DNA from: an uncultured Candidatus Saccharibacteria bacterium
GTDB taxonomy: Bacteria > Patescibacteriota > Saccharimonadia > Saccharimonadales > CAZJQT01
DNA length: 64,000 nucleotides
Direction: 5' to 3'
Assembly: GCA_964636215.1 (NCBI GenBank)
Contig: CAZWRJ010000003.1
Location: forward strand, 6,743-70,742
Numbering within the stretch: the first letter of the stretch is position 1; every line of letters starts with the position of its first letter. This document shows positions 7,500 to 17,300 of this stretch, in pieces. The notes under the pieces were generated by a model. The model saw only the letters and a list, made by a program, of their open reading frames with translations. It did not search any database and was not told the DNA's origin. Made by a program: the position numbers and the translations under genes.

Positions 7500-8666
7500 T
7501 TACCGTAGCTTTTCATCGAGTAATATTTGAGCCACCCGATGTGCTGCATCAGGAATAACTAGTTTCTTTAGGTTTTCGGCAAGCCTTTTTCTCAGATCTT
7601 TGTCATCTACCAATTTAGCAAGCTGAGCAAAGAGGCCTTGTTGTGAATCGTACAACTCGTTACCACCTACCACTATGGCAGCTCCTTGCTCTTTCAGCCG
7701 GTCAGCATTTTTTAGTTGATGGCCACCAGTTAAATATGCACTAGGGACCGCGATGCAGGCTTTGCCTTGGATACCAATCTCTGCCAAGGTATTAGCGCTA
7801 GCTCTAGCTACCACGATGTCAGCCGCCCCCATGTATTGATACATGGGATTTAGAAATTCCAACACTTTCAGCCTAGGATGGGTTTTATTCTCGTAGGCGC
7901 CTGCCTTACCCTTGCCCACCTGATGAACAACATTTACGTCAGTGTGCTCGTCCAAAAAAGAGCCGATACCGTTAGCAACAACCTCATTCAGCTCTCTTGC
8001 CCCGGAACTCCCACCTGTAATTAACACTATTAAACCGTCAGTGGGTAATGCTAGTTTGTGCTTGAATTCTAGCTCTGTTTCATTATCTACGTACTGGTAA
8101 TTCTGTTCGACTAACACACCGACAGCTTCCACCTTATCCGGTGGATAGGAGTAAAATTCCGGCGGCAACGCGGTAGCATGAAGGTTGGCCCAACGGCTAA
8201 CAATGCGATTGGCGAGTCCTGGTAAGGCATCTGAATCATGGGTAACTATTGGGATATGTCTGGTGGCCGCAGCTAGGCCGATAGGTACGCCGACGTAACC
8301 ACCTTTCAAAAAGACAATGTTAGGCTTCAGCTTACCGAGCAACCGCCAGGCTTGCACAAGTCCGATAGGCACTAAGAAAAAGTCTCTGATGTTTTTTAAG
8401 ATAGTCGGTAAATCAAATAATCTTTTGAGCCAAGATTCACCGTGGTAACGTCTGAATTTGCCAGCAAAAATACTGTAGCTTTCATCAATGTCCGGATTAT
8501 CTCTGGTAAGCTCAGCAAATTTACCATGCCTTTCACCAACATAGATCGTTTGACACTGACTATCAAGCCGTTTTAATTCATGGGCGACGGCTAGGATAGG
8601 CGTAATGTGGCCGCCGGTCCCGCCGCCAGTCAACAGCACTTTCACTGCTTTCCCCCTCTGGTTCAT
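7500..8666 (-). CDS. murG: undecaprenyldiphospho-muramoylpentapeptide beta-N-acetylglucosaminyltransferase
   Basis: It carries VLLTGGGTGGHITP and the MurG fold. A GTG at 8645 preceded by AGGGGG is a possible true start. Confidence 0.9.
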   Translation of the reverse strand: MNQRGKAVKVLLTGGGTGGHITPILAVAHELKRLDSQCQTIYVGERHGKFAELTRDNPDIDESYSIFAGKFRRYHGESWLKRLFDLPTILKNIRDFFLVPIGLVQAWRLLGKLKPNIVFLKGGYVGVPIGLAAATRHIPIVTHDSDALPGLANRIVSRWANLHATALPPEFYSYPPDKVEAVGVLVEQNYQYVDNETELEFKHKLALPTDGLIVLITGGSSGARELNEVVANGIGSFLDEHTDVNVVHQVGKGKAGAYENKTHPRLKVLEFLNPMYQYMGAADIVVARASANTLAEIGIQGKACIAVPSAYLTGGHQLKNADRLKEQGAAIVVGGNELYDSQQGLFAQLAKLVDDKDLRKRLAENLKKLVIPDAAHRVAQILLDEKLR

Positions 8667-9825
8667 TATTTACCTCAAAAGTGGTGTGCCGTGAAATCTG
8701 AAACACCAACCCCAGTGCTGCTAAAACGAAAATAATACTAGTCCCTCCGTAACTTATAAACGGTAAGGTTATGCCCTTTAGTGGTAGTAAACCGAGCATA
8801 GCTCCGGTATTTATGATGGTTTGAGTGCTAAGCCAGGCCAAAACGCCTGCTACGATTAGCCTTGAAGCTCTGTCTGGGGCGCGCTCCATAATGCTTTTTA
8901 ATCTGATAAAGAAAGCAGTGAATAACCCAAGGAGTAAGCTTACGCCGAAGAATCCAAATTTTTCGGCAACTATGGCGAATATTGAATCGTTGGCAGCCTC
9001 TGGTAGATAGCCATAAGCCTCCACGCTATGTCCAAGGCCCTTACCAAACAAACCACCTGAGCCAACTGAAATCAAAGCCTGACAAGCCTGATAACCGCTA
9101 TTTAGGCAATCCTTTTCGGGATGCACAAAATTGAGCACACGTTCACGGCGATACCCAGGACCAGCAATAAGTAGTAGTACACCAGCTGCAGCAATAACTG
9201 CTCCTACTTGAAGGACCCTTTTCATTGGCAAGCCGGCAATAAAACTCATAGCCCCGATCATTACAGCTAGTACTGCTGCCGAACCAAAATCTTTCTGAGC
9301 AACTGCCACTACTATTCCCAAAACCCCTAGTAATATTAAGATTGGTTTTAGCGTACGATGAGAATCATTGATTATCCCCTGCTGAACCTTTTCGGCTAAG
9401 AAAAAAGCCAAACAAATAACCAGGGCGAATTTTACCAACTCGACAGACTGTAACGATAAGCCGCCGAAGCGAATCCAGCGGTGGGCCGGATAATCGACGG
9501 TTGTAGGTAAAATTAAAGCCACGGCGGTGGCTATCCCGGCCATCATGATCAAGGGACGCTGCAGACGTTTCCAGGTTGATAATGGGATACTAGCTACAAT
9601 AGTGAAAGCCACCAGTCCGATGGCAATAGCTATCAGTTGTTTTATAACAAAATAGTTGCTGTTAACTTGTTTCTGAATGGCCAGCCCGGGACTTATGGAA
9701 AAGATAACAATCAGCCCAATTACTAACAGCATGACCCCTATTAATACCAGTGTGTAATCTGGGCGGTGACGTCTTTGGCCGCTTCTATCGATATACTGTG
9801 GCTGGCGTCGTTTGGTATAGCTCAT
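8578..9825 (-). CDS. ftsW: peptidoglycan glycosyltransferase FtsW (SEDS family)
   Basis: It is a multi-TM SEDS protein. The ATG at 9825 forms an ATGA overlap with the mraY stop, and the extra 31 aa in the track ORF are not FtsW-like. Confidence 0.85.
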   Translation of the reverse strand: MSYTKRRQPQYIDRSGQRRHRPDYTLVLIGVMLLVIGLIVIFSISPGLAIQKQVNSNYFVIKQLIAIAIGLVAFTIVASIPLSTWKRLQRPLIMMAGIATAVALILPTTVDYPAHRWIRFGGLSLQSVELVKFALVICLAFFLAEKVQQGIINDSHRTLKPILILLGVLGIVVAVAQKDFGSAAVLAVMIGAMSFIAGLPMKRVLQVGAVIAAAGVLLLIAGPGYRRERVLNFVHPEKDCLNSGYQACQALISVGSGGLFGKGLGHSVEAYGYLPEAANDSIFAIVAEKFGFFGVSLLLGLFTAFFIRLKSIMERAPDRASRLIVAGVLAWLSTQTIINTGAMLGLLPLKGITLPFISYGGTSIIFVLAALGLVFQISRHTTFEVNNEPEGESSESAVDWRRDRRPHYAYPSRRP

Positions 9826-10865
9826 AGTTTTCTTTCTACGATGTACAGAACTAGCCCGAGCACACCGCAAACTTGACCGATAATCCAAAAGCGCATAGTG
9901 ACCTTTGTCTCCGGCCAACCAATGGCTTCAAAGTGATGATGAATTGGTGAGATGCGAAATATTTTTTTGCCGTGCCGGAGTTTTTTGGAAAGTATTTGTA
10001 GGACCACTGATCCAGCTTCAGCAACAAAAACAAAGCCAATAATCGGTAAAAGTACCATGGTATCGGTCAGCATTGCTACCACGCCTAGGGCTGTACCTAA
10101 CGCAAACGACCCAACATCTCCCATGAAAAAGCGGGCGGGAAAAATGTTAAACCAGGTATAACTTAGAAGCGCCCCAACAATACTCATACAAAAGGCCGCT
10201 ACACCGTAACGATGAGCGATGAAAGCGATAATAGTATAGATTCCAAAAGCTATAGCGGTTAGCCCTCCAGCTAGACCATCAAGGCCATCACTCATATTCA
10301 CGGCATTGGCTGAAGCCACCACAACTAGTACAAACAAAGGCACGATTAGCCAACCAATAGCCACTTGTCCAAGCCCAGGAATCAATATGTTATTAACATC
10401 TAGCTTAAAATAAAAGAATAGTCCGCCTATTAAAGCAATGGTCGTAATCAATGCTAGCTTGAGCTTGGAAGATAGACCAGCTACCCCCTTGCCTGAGCCA
10501 CGGATATTAATAACATCATCAAGTAGACCAACCCCACCGGCCCCGACAAACGCCGCCAGTGGCAACCAAGTCTCTGCGCGGCTGAGATTAAACACTAGCG
10601 TGGTTATACCGGCTGAGATAACAAAGATAATTCCGGCCATAGTTGGTATCAGACGACGATGCTTTTCGGCATGCAATTGATTAAAAACCTTGGCGGTCTC
10701 GCCTGTAACAGCAGTTTCGCGAGGCTTCTTCCACCACTCATAACGGTATGCCAGTGCCGTATATAGCGGAGTTATAAACATGCTCAGCGCGAAGCTGAGA
10801 CAACCGAGTAATAAAATCCGCGCCACGGTGCTGGTTTGGACTATGATTGTGAGGCTATTTTGCAT
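9822..10865 (-). CDS. mraY: phospho-N-acetylmuramoyl-pentapeptide transferase
   Basis: Motifs NAVNMSDGLDGLA, FMGDVGS and PIHHHFE are present. The start is ambiguous (10910 or 10865); I prefer 10865, which avoids overlapping ftsI. Confidence 0.9.
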   Translation of the reverse strand: MQNSLTIIVQTSTVARILLLGCLSFALSMFITPLYTALAYRYEWWKKPRETAVTGETAKVFNQLHAEKHRRLIPTMAGIIFVISAGITTLVFNLSRAETWLPLAAFVGAGGVGLLDDVINIRGSGKGVAGLSSKLKLALITTIALIGGLFFYFKLDVNNILIPGLGQVAIGWLIVPLFVLVVVASANAVNMSDGLDGLAGGLTAIAFGIYTIIAFIAHRYGVAAFCMSIVGALLSYTWFNIFPARFFMGDVGSFALGTALGVVAMLTDTMVLLPIIGFVFVAEAGSVVLQILSKKLRHGKKIFRISPIHHHFEAIGWPETKVTMRFWIIGQVCGVLGLVLYIVERKL

Positions 10866-10887
10866 GAAATCTTTCTTTATTATACCG

Positions 10888-12663
10888 CTAGGTACGTGGA
10901 TTAACGCCAAAATTATTGATTAGCATATTTACCAAATGGCCGAAAATTGGTGCTGCTGCCTGAGACCCAGCATAGCCGGCGATATGTGGTTGATTGACTC
11001 TAACAACAATTATGTACTGTGGCTGATTACCACCTACAAAGCCGATGAACATACCATTGAAACGGTCTTCGTAATAACCACCAGCTGGATTGGCAATTTG
11101 CGCCGTGCCGGTCTTACCGCCAACAATAAAGGCTGGATTTGGTTTATCCATATGATAGATGTAGTAGTTTTTAGCAATTACATTTTGCATCAAACCAACC
11201 ATTTCGTGGCTAATATTACTCTTCACCACATCCCTGCGCACCACAGTTGGGGCTATCGATTCTTTATTTCCATCAGTATCAATATAGGCGTCAACCAATC
11301 TGGGCTGATAATAGGTGCCGCCGTTAACAACCGCTGCTAGAGCTGCACCAACTTGGAGCGGTGTCGCGGTCATTCCCTGTCCGAAAGCAGTATTGGCATA
11401 TTGAATGTTCAATCCGTAACCATGGGTTGGATCAGGAATTGTACCAGCAGCTTCATAACCTTGCTCAACACCGGTGGTTTTGCCTAGCTGATAGTGATCA
11501 ACCATATAACCATGCCACGCTTCGCGGGCCTGTTGGTTTATTTCCCCGCCGCCCATTTGCATCAGAAGCCAAGTCGCTCCGGTGTTTAGCGACAGTTGCA
11601 GGATGTCAGCTATGCTGCGGGTACCTGCCCCACCGTCTTCTTCAATGTTAGTTATAGTATAGTCATCGACTTTAAAATGACTGGGGTCGTAATAAGTAGT
11701 GTTAGCGTTGACCACTCCTTGGTCTAGGGCAGCTGCAGCCGTAAACGGCTTCATTACCGAACCGATTTCCAGCGGTGAACTGACCGTTGGATTGGTAAAC
11801 AAGTTGGCGTCGCTGACTTTAGCAAAATTAGCAGGACTATAGGTTGGATAATTGGCCATGGCCTTTATTGCTCCGGTATTGGCGTCTAGAATAAGTGCCC
11901 CACCCGATGATGAATCAGCTTGTTTGAGTCCAGCTCGCAAGATATCTTCCAGCTGCGATTGCATACCTAGATCTAGTGTTAGTAGTACGTCCTTACCTGG
12001 GATTGGATCAATATCGATATTATCTTCGTTGGCAGCTAGAGGCACCCCGCTGGCGTCAGTAATGGCTTTTAGTTGTCCTGGTGTGCCGCGCAAACTTTGG
12101 TCGAGAGCCTGTTCTACGCCGTATGTCCCTTGGCCGTCATCGTTAACAAACCCCAAGACCTGAGCCGCTAGATTGCCCTGGGGGTATGTTCGGTAGTTAC
12201 TTGGAGTGGTACCGACACCCTTAAGCTTAAGATCAGTTATGGCGTTACTCTTGTCTTTGGTAACTTGAGTTGCCAGGCGTTCGTAACGACTGTTTTGGGT
12301 CTCCATTTTGCCTTGATAATCGCTGGCATTACCACCTATAACCTTTTGAACCGCCAGGGCTTCAGTACTTGGGTCGGTTATAAGTCCTGGATCGGCAAAG
12401 ACAGTGTAGCGAACTTCATTGAGGACTAAAGGTGTTGTGCTGCCGTAGTTATGCGCTAAAATGGCTCCACGTTTAGCTGGTATAGAAGGAATATTTTTAA
12501 GCTGAAAAGCTAGTGCAGCTTGTTCGTAATAAGTGTGTTTAATGACCTGTAAGTAGAAGGCTCTGATTACTAATGTCGCAGCCGCCACCAGTAAAAAAGT
12601 GTGCCACAACCGGATGCGTTGCACACTTGACGTTAGCTTTTGGGTAGTCTGGGTCGGTCGCAT
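10888..12663 (-). CDS. ftsI: penicillin-binding protein (FtsI/PBP2-type transpeptidase)
   Basis: The SVMKP (SxxK), SLN and KTGTA motifs are present, with an N-terminal TM segment. Confidence 0.9.
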   Translation of the reverse strand: MRPTQTTQKLTSSVQRIRLWHTFLLVAAATLVIRAFYLQVIKHTYYEQAALAFQLKNIPSIPAKRGAILAHNYGSTTPLVLNEVRYTVFADPGLITDPSTEALAVQKVIGGNASDYQGKMETQNSRYERLATQVTKDKSNAITDLKLKGVGTTPSNYRTYPQGNLAAQVLGFVNDDGQGTYGVEQALDQSLRGTPGQLKAITDASGVPLAANEDNIDIDPIPGKDVLLTLDLGMQSQLEDILRAGLKQADSSSGGALILDANTGAIKAMANYPTYSPANFAKVSDANLFTNPTVSSPLEIGSVMKPFTAAAALDQGVVNANTTYYDPSHFKVDDYTITNIEEDGGAGTRSIADILQLSLNTGATWLLMQMGGGEINQQAREAWHGYMVDHYQLGKTTGVEQGYEAAGTIPDPTHGYGLNIQYANTAFGQGMTATPLQVGAALAAVVNGGTYYQPRLVDAYIDTDGNKESIAPTVVRRDVVKSNISHEMVGLMQNVIAKNYYIYHMDKPNPAFIVGGKTGTAQIANPAGGYYEDRFNGMFIGFVGGNQPQYIIVVRVNQPHIAGYAGSQAAAPIFGHLVNMLINNFGVNPRT

Positions 12664-12685
12664 ATTGCCTTCTTAACGCACGTTG

Positions 12686-13033
12686 TTAGTTTTGGATAGT
12701 GGTCGATGGCGACAACGATACTAATTTGTTAGCAACATTGCTGTTTTTGACTCTATCCAGTGACTGCAAACGAGCCGCACTGACCTCTAGTTCGGAGTGT
12801 TGATCGGTAAGTTCAGTTTGATGTTGTTTGAGATCACTAATTTGATAGCTAAGCGCATTGGTTTTAGTTACCTGAGTTAGATAGAGCAAGCCTAGTAAAC
12901 AAGCCAGAACAATTAAGATAATGGTGTTACTGACTGGTCCAAGCGTTCGTTCCTTAGCGTTAAACCGAGTGGTATTTTGCTGTTTGGCCGCAAATCGCTG
13001 TCGACCTATAGCAATAGAGCTAGAATATGTCAT
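12686..13033 (-). CDS. ftsL: FtsL/septum-formation-initiator-like protein
   Basis: It has a single TM segment plus a coiled coil and sits between rsmH and ftsI. Confidence 0.6.
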   Translation of the reverse strand: MTYSSSIAIGRQRFAAKQQNTTRFNAKERTLGPVSNTIILIVLACLLGLLYLTQVTKTNALSYQISDLKQHQTELTDQHSELEVSAARLQSLDRVKNSNVANKLVSLSPSTTIQN

Positions 13034-13195
13034 TTATTTTTTGTTTTGTTTATTTTGGTGTTTATTTTGGTGTCCAGCCCCTAAAAGAGGCTGGACAATT
13101 AAGGTCAAAGGACTTTGACGCGGACCTTATACGCGCGGGAGAGATTTTTTACCTGGATAGGCACTTCTTTCCCCTTTCTTGGCTGTAACGCATTT

Positions 13196-14197
13196 CTACG
13201 CTACCAACCTTTTTGTTTTTATTTTAACTGCGGCACGTAGCTTTGCACTACGAGCACGTGGATTAAAAGCAAGTTCAGCCTTGTCAGCTGTGACTGGTTT
13301 AGGAGTCAGCAGCTTGAGGATGGCGTCGTAGCGATTACCAGAGTATTCCTTCAGGAAGTTCTTCACTATTCGATCTTCCAGACTGTGAAAACTGATAATC
13401 ACTATTCGCCCTCCTGGAGCCAGCAATTCTAGCCAAATTGGCAACGAAGCACTTAACTGGTGCAATTCGTCATTCACCGCCAACCTGATGGCTTGGAAGC
13501 TACGGGTTGCCGGGTGAATTTTGTGCGCTGGCCCAGGCCAAGCGCGGGCAATGACGTTTGCAAGTCGAAGTGTCGACTGAATCGGCCGGTTTTCCACTAT
13601 CAACTGCGCAACCCTGTGGGCTTTCGGCTCTTCACCTAAGTCCCTTAGCAGCTTGGCTAGTTCAGCTTGACTATAGTTATTGACTATATCGTAAGCTGTT
13701 AGCTTTTGCCTAGGGTCCATGCGCATATCTAGTGGGCCGTCTAATTTCAGACTAAAGCCGCGACTCGCATTGTCAAAGTGCGGTGACGATACACCTAAAT
13801 CAACCAGGATTAAATCAAACCGTTCAGCTCTGTCGCGCAATTGTCGACTGGCACTCAGATAATCCTGGTGGATTATATTTATGCCTGGTTTATCAAAGCG
13901 TTTTTTAAGCTGTTCTATGGCTTGACGATCGCGATCAACAAGAGTTACTCGTTGGTGAGCTAAGGTGCGTCCGATAACCGCGGCTGAATGCCCTCCATAT
14001 CCGGCCGTCAGATCGAGGAAGGAATCCCCTTCTTTCGGATCAAGATATTCAAGCACCCGGTCAACTAGTACCGGAAGATGTTCGGTGGTCAACTTTTGCT
14101 TGTCTACTTTTTTATCAGTAGCTTTTATGCCAGATACCTGGCTAGGCGAGAGTTTACTACCGGAAGTTTGGTGGTGATTTGTTTTGGTGTTTTTCAT
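13196..14197 (-). CDS. rsmH: 16S rRNA (cytosine1402-N4)-methyltransferase
   Basis: It matches the MraW family (LDLTAGYGGHS...). Confidence 0.9.
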   Translation of the reverse strand: MKNTKTNHHQTSGSKLSPSQVSGIKATDKKVDKQKLTTEHLPVLVDRVLEYLDPKEGDSFLDLTAGYGGHSAAVIGRTLAHQRVTLVDRDRQAIEQLKKRFDKPGINIIHQDYLSASRQLRDRAERFDLILVDLGVSSPHFDNASRGFSLKLDGPLDMRMDPRQKLTAYDIVNNYSQAELAKLLRDLGEEPKAHRVAQLIVENRPIQSTLRLANVIARAWPGPAHKIHPATRSFQAIRLAVNDELHQLSASLPIWLELLAPGGRIVIISFHSLEDRIVKNFLKEYSGNRYDAILKLLTPKPVTADKAELAFNPRARSAKLRAAVKIKTKRLVA

Positions 14198-14502
14198 GCA
14201 AATGTTCTTTGCAAGGTCACCTATCTAGCAATCAACTTTTTGTTTTTTTGGTGTTTTTGTTTTTGTTATTGGTAAATGATATTAGAAGGAGTTTGTTAAG
14301 ATTTAAAAAATCTTAAAACTTCTGACCAATTACCAAAATTTGAGAGACTTATGTGTGAGGTGGAGTTTTGGGAGGTGTTTTTTAGATAATGTACTAGGGT
14401 TTTTAATGTGGTTGCCCTCAAACCACATGTTGATTGCCAGATAGCTAATCTCGAGTCGCTATCTTGGCCTAATGCCCAAGTTGTTAAGGTTCTTGTGATC
14501 TT

Positions 14503-14859
14503 TCAGACCGCTTGTATGCGCCAGTAACGTCCGGCTCTTACGGCTACGACGTCACGACTTATCCCCGCGTAATCCAGCAAGTGCTGCTCTATAGTTACCC
14601 TGCCCTGCTTGGTGTCAAGCACGGCTTCTGTTTTACCCATTCGGAATTTCACGTTCAGGTCAGCGGTATGCTCGTCCAAGATATTGCCTTGGAGGGAGCT
14701 CTCAACCTGTTCGTCCCAGACCGATTTGGGATATAGGTGCAGATATTGCTCGAATCCACGGGTCAGTACTACCCCGCTGGAAAACTCGTTTCGAAGCTCA
14801 GTCGGTATGGTTAACCGACGCTTGTCATCAAGCTTCCTCTCGAAGTAGTCTGTGGCCAT
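14503..14859 (-). CDS. mraZ: transcriptional regulator MraZ
   Basis: Two DxKRR/DxKQGR-type repeats, first gene of the dcw cluster. Confidence 0.8.
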   Translation of the reverse strand: MATDYFERKLDDKRRLTIPTELRNEFSSGVVLTRGFEQYLHLYPKSVWDEQVESSLQGNILDEHTADLNVKFRMGKTEAVLDTKQGRVTIEQHLLDYAGISRDVVAVRAGRYWRIQAV

Positions 14860-14919
14860 CAGATCCTCTCTTAAATTGCAGTGGTTTTTGTTTGAGTGGT
14901 GGCAGACTTATTTTGGTCT

Positions 14920-14966
14920 ACCCACGCTTACCCACTAACATGAGTGTACAACCCACTCTTACCCAC
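14920..14966 (-). promoter_or_regulatory. MraZ-type operator with four GTGGGT repeats
   Basis: ACCCAC occurs on the plus strand at 14920, 14930, 14951 and 14961 (spacing 10/21/10), that is TGGG repeats on the mraZ strand immediately upstream of mraZ. Confidence 0.6.
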
Positions 14967-14974
14967 TGGCAAGT

Positions 14975-15010
14975 AGATAATAAGAAAACTGCCCTGTTTT
15001 CACGGGCAGT
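14975..15010 (-). terminator. Rho-independent terminator of the upstream minus-strand gene
   Basis: A 7-bp stem ACTGCCC/GGGCAGT with a 9-nt loop is followed on the minus strand by TTTTCTTATTATC. Confidence 0.55.
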
Positions 15011-15077
15011 TATCCACAGTTTTATAATATTTCGAACTTATGCACAATATATGGTGTGTGTGTTACCTTTTGCCACA

Positions 15078-15437
15078 CTATTCACCATTGTTCTGTGCAG
15101 CGTCTTCTGGCGGAGTTTGTGAATTGTGTTGCGTGGTAGTTGGTGCGGTCTTTGAATCAGTACCATCAGATGCACTGACTTCGTCTTGCCCAGTAATCGG
15201 GTGTGATTCAGCACCCCTGTCAGTCGCTTCTTTGAGATTTGTATGCATAGCTACACTAGCAGCCGTTAACCCAGCCGCTAGCATTAAGGCTTGCCCAGTT
15301 CGTCTTAATACTTGTCGGCCTCCCTGGCGGCGGACTTCATGATCGGGCATAAATCTAGCAGCTTCACCAACACGATGTTCGCCAGCATCATATAGAATTC
15401 TTTGAGTCAGGTTATTGTTAATGGGGTTTTTTGACAT
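15078..15437 (-). CDS. hypothetical protein
   Basis: A 119-aa ORF with an ATG start and a terminator downstream. Confidence 0.45.
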   Translation of the reverse strand: MSKNPINNNLTQRILYDAGEHRVGEAARFMPDHEVRRQGGRQVLRRTGQALMLAAGLTAASVAMHTNLKEATDRGAESHPITGQDEVSASDGTDSKTAPTTTQHNSQTPPEDAAQNNGE

Positions 15438-15483
15438 GACAATATAATAGCAAACATTAGCGTAATTGTCAAGTTTACGCGTC

Positions 15484-16059
15484 TTATACTTTTTCGGGGC
15501 GTTTTTTGTGGTCGTGGTAAGCTAGAACTCGTCGATCTTTGTCTAAGCGATCAATGTAACTATCATAACGGTTGAACAGTTTAGAGTAGTAGCCTGATGG
15601 AGTCAGGATTTTTAGCAGACGTTGGTTTTCTTCTAGATACTCTAGTAGGCTGTAAAAATCACCGTCACCAGAAACAATTATAGCCTTACTGTAGTTAGGT
15701 AATTCTTTCATGGCCCACAGTACCAAGTCGGCGTCTATATTACCTTTAACTGGTTTCTCATCTTCTTTTTTAACGGGTTTCTTATCTGAGGCTTCTATCC
15801 GTGGCTTAGTCATATCGTAAGTTGGCTTCAGGACAATCATGTAGCCGCTCTGGTGCAGTTGTTCATACATGGCTTCAAATTCCGGCACGTAGCCAATGAA
15901 CATGAAAGCTTTAGTAACACCGTACTTGTCCGCCAGGTAACTACGGAACTTCTGCCAGTTCATTTTCCAGCCGAGTTTCTGGGTACTGACATTCAGATTT
16001 TGACTGTCAATAAAGGCATAGACTTGGTCGGGCTTAGCTGGATCCATTCCACCCATCAT
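15484..16059 (-). CDS. NYN (LabA-like PIN) domain protein
   Basis: AFIDSQNLN ... GNIDADLVLWAM ... AIIVSGDGDF. Confidence 0.7.
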   Translation of the reverse strand: MMGGMDPAKPDQVYAFIDSQNLNVSTQKLGWKMNWQKFRSYLADKYGVTKAFMFIGYVPEFEAMYEQLHQSGYMIVLKPTYDMTKPRIEASDKKPVKKEDEKPVKGNIDADLVLWAMKELPNYSKAIIVSGDGDFYSLLEYLEENQRLLKILTPSGYYSKLFNRYDSYIDRLDKDRRVLAYHDHKKRPEKV

Positions 16060-16098
16060 AACACCAATCGCTTTCTGTCAATGTCGGTTGACGAAAAA

Positions 16099-16479
16099 TT
16101 ACATCGAGTTGACAACATTCAGGATGTTGCCGCTGGGATCTTTGAACCAAATGGCTTTGAGATCGCCCATAACATGTATATCGCCTTGCATGGTGACATT
16201 AGGGATTGAGTCATAGTGTTCTAGCGTTACACCTTTAGATTTTAGCTCTGTAGCCACACCCTCAACATCTTCAGCCATCCAAGCAGCAGCCGTGGCTTGG
16301 TTGGTGCCAGCTGAACTTGATTGATAAACAAACACGGCACCGTTGCCGCTTTTGTAAACCACTCCCCCATCTGGCGTTTCTTTATCGACTTTTAATCCTA
16401 GTGTTTGTTCATAAAATTTACGTGCTTCGGCCATATCCTTCACAGCCAGACAACCACATACACTCTTGTCTCCAAGCAT
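16099..16479 (-). CDS. VOC/glyoxalase-bleomycin resistance family protein
   Basis: It has the VOC fold. I prefer the ATG at 16479, which is preceded by GGAGGG, over the track start at 16494. Confidence 0.7.
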   Translation of the reverse strand: MLGDKSVCGCLAVKDMAEARKFYEQTLGLKVDKETPDGGVVYKSGNGAVFVYQSSSAGTNQATAAAWMAEDVEGVATELKSKGVTLEHYDSIPNVTMQGDIHVMGDLKAIWFKDPSGNILNVVNSM

Positions 16480-16552
16480 TATTTTGCCCTCCATTAATTG
16501 GTATTTTCATTATACGCTTGTTAGGTTTGGTTAGTTTGTCAGTTTATATTTT

Positions 16553-17125
16553 CTACTTCAGAATTTCTTCAACAAGTTCTGGGAACTCTTCTGTCTTCAT
16601 GTCTTCAATACAAAAATGTCCGTAATTATGAAATTCTTTGTATTTAATTCCAGGGACTTTATCAATAATAATTTTTGTAGTTTTTTGAACACTTTCCTGG
16701 TCATTATCCGAGTTAAATATAGTTATGCCTGCTGTTCGACTTACTAGTTTAGGATCAATTTCAAAATCATCAAAAAAGTTTTTTGTGTATTTGTTGCCTG
16801 GATCAAGCCACGGTGCGACCAGCACAACCTTTTCAACTTTTAGCTCCGGATGAATACTCAGGTACTTTACAAAAAAGCCCGCTCCAGTACTGTGGCCTAC
16901 TAAAATTGTTTCCGGTCCAAGCTCAAAACGTTCCACTTCTCTGGTCCAGGTTTTCCAATTGCGGTCATATGCATGTGGCACTTCCGGTGTATACGCATCG
17001 ATTTCGTTTATTAGCAACTGTTTTTGTAACCAAGGAAACCAATGTGAATTAGATGCACTAGGATATTTCGGATCATAGTATTCTTCCTTGCCAGGACCAC
17101 CATGTAATAAAATCGCTGTTTTCAT
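16553..17125 (-). CDS. alpha/beta hydrolase (RBBP9/YdeN-like serine hydrolase)
   Basis: A VGHSTGAG nucleophile elbow in a ~190-aa protein. Confidence 0.65.
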   Translation of the reverse strand: MKTAILLHGGPGKEEYYDPKYPSASNSHWFPWLQKQLLINEIDAYTPEVPHAYDRNWKTWTREVERFELGPETILVGHSTGAGFFVKYLSIHPELKVEKVVLVAPWLDPGNKYTKNFFDDFEIDPKLVSRTAGITIFNSDNDQESVQKTTKIIIDKVPGIKYKEFHNYGHFCIEDMKTEEFPELVEEILK

Positions 17126-17234
17126 CTAGCCTCAATCATAACACTTTATGAATTGAAAATTTCGGATGTAAGCATATAATTAGGTATGGATGTAGGTTCA
17201 GCGGGATCATCAAGATTCGTCCAATGCGGTTACT

Positions 17235-17260
17235 CCATAAACAATATTAATTGTTTATGG
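17235..17260. promoter_or_regulatory. perfect 11-4-11 inverted repeat CCATAAACAAT-atta-ATTGTTTATGG
   Basis: Seen directly in the sequence; it sits between divergent genes, about 40 nt upstream of the RBS of the HD-domain gene. Confidence 0.5.
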
Positions 17261-17300
17261 GAGACCGCTTTTTTGTTTCTCACAAAGGAAAGGACGTATT

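Noticed and set aside
8578-9918. Full-length track ORF for ftsW starting at 9918
   Set aside because: The first 31 residues are non-FtsW-like and overlap the mraY C-terminus in another frame. The ATG at 9825 gives the classic ATGA coupling with the mraY stop.
14198-14502. Terminator or ncRNA in the 300-bp rsmH-mraZ gap
   Set aside because: An ATGTGGTT/AACCACAT hairpin at ~14404-14430 lacks a U-run on either strand and nothing else stands out; it is left unannotated.
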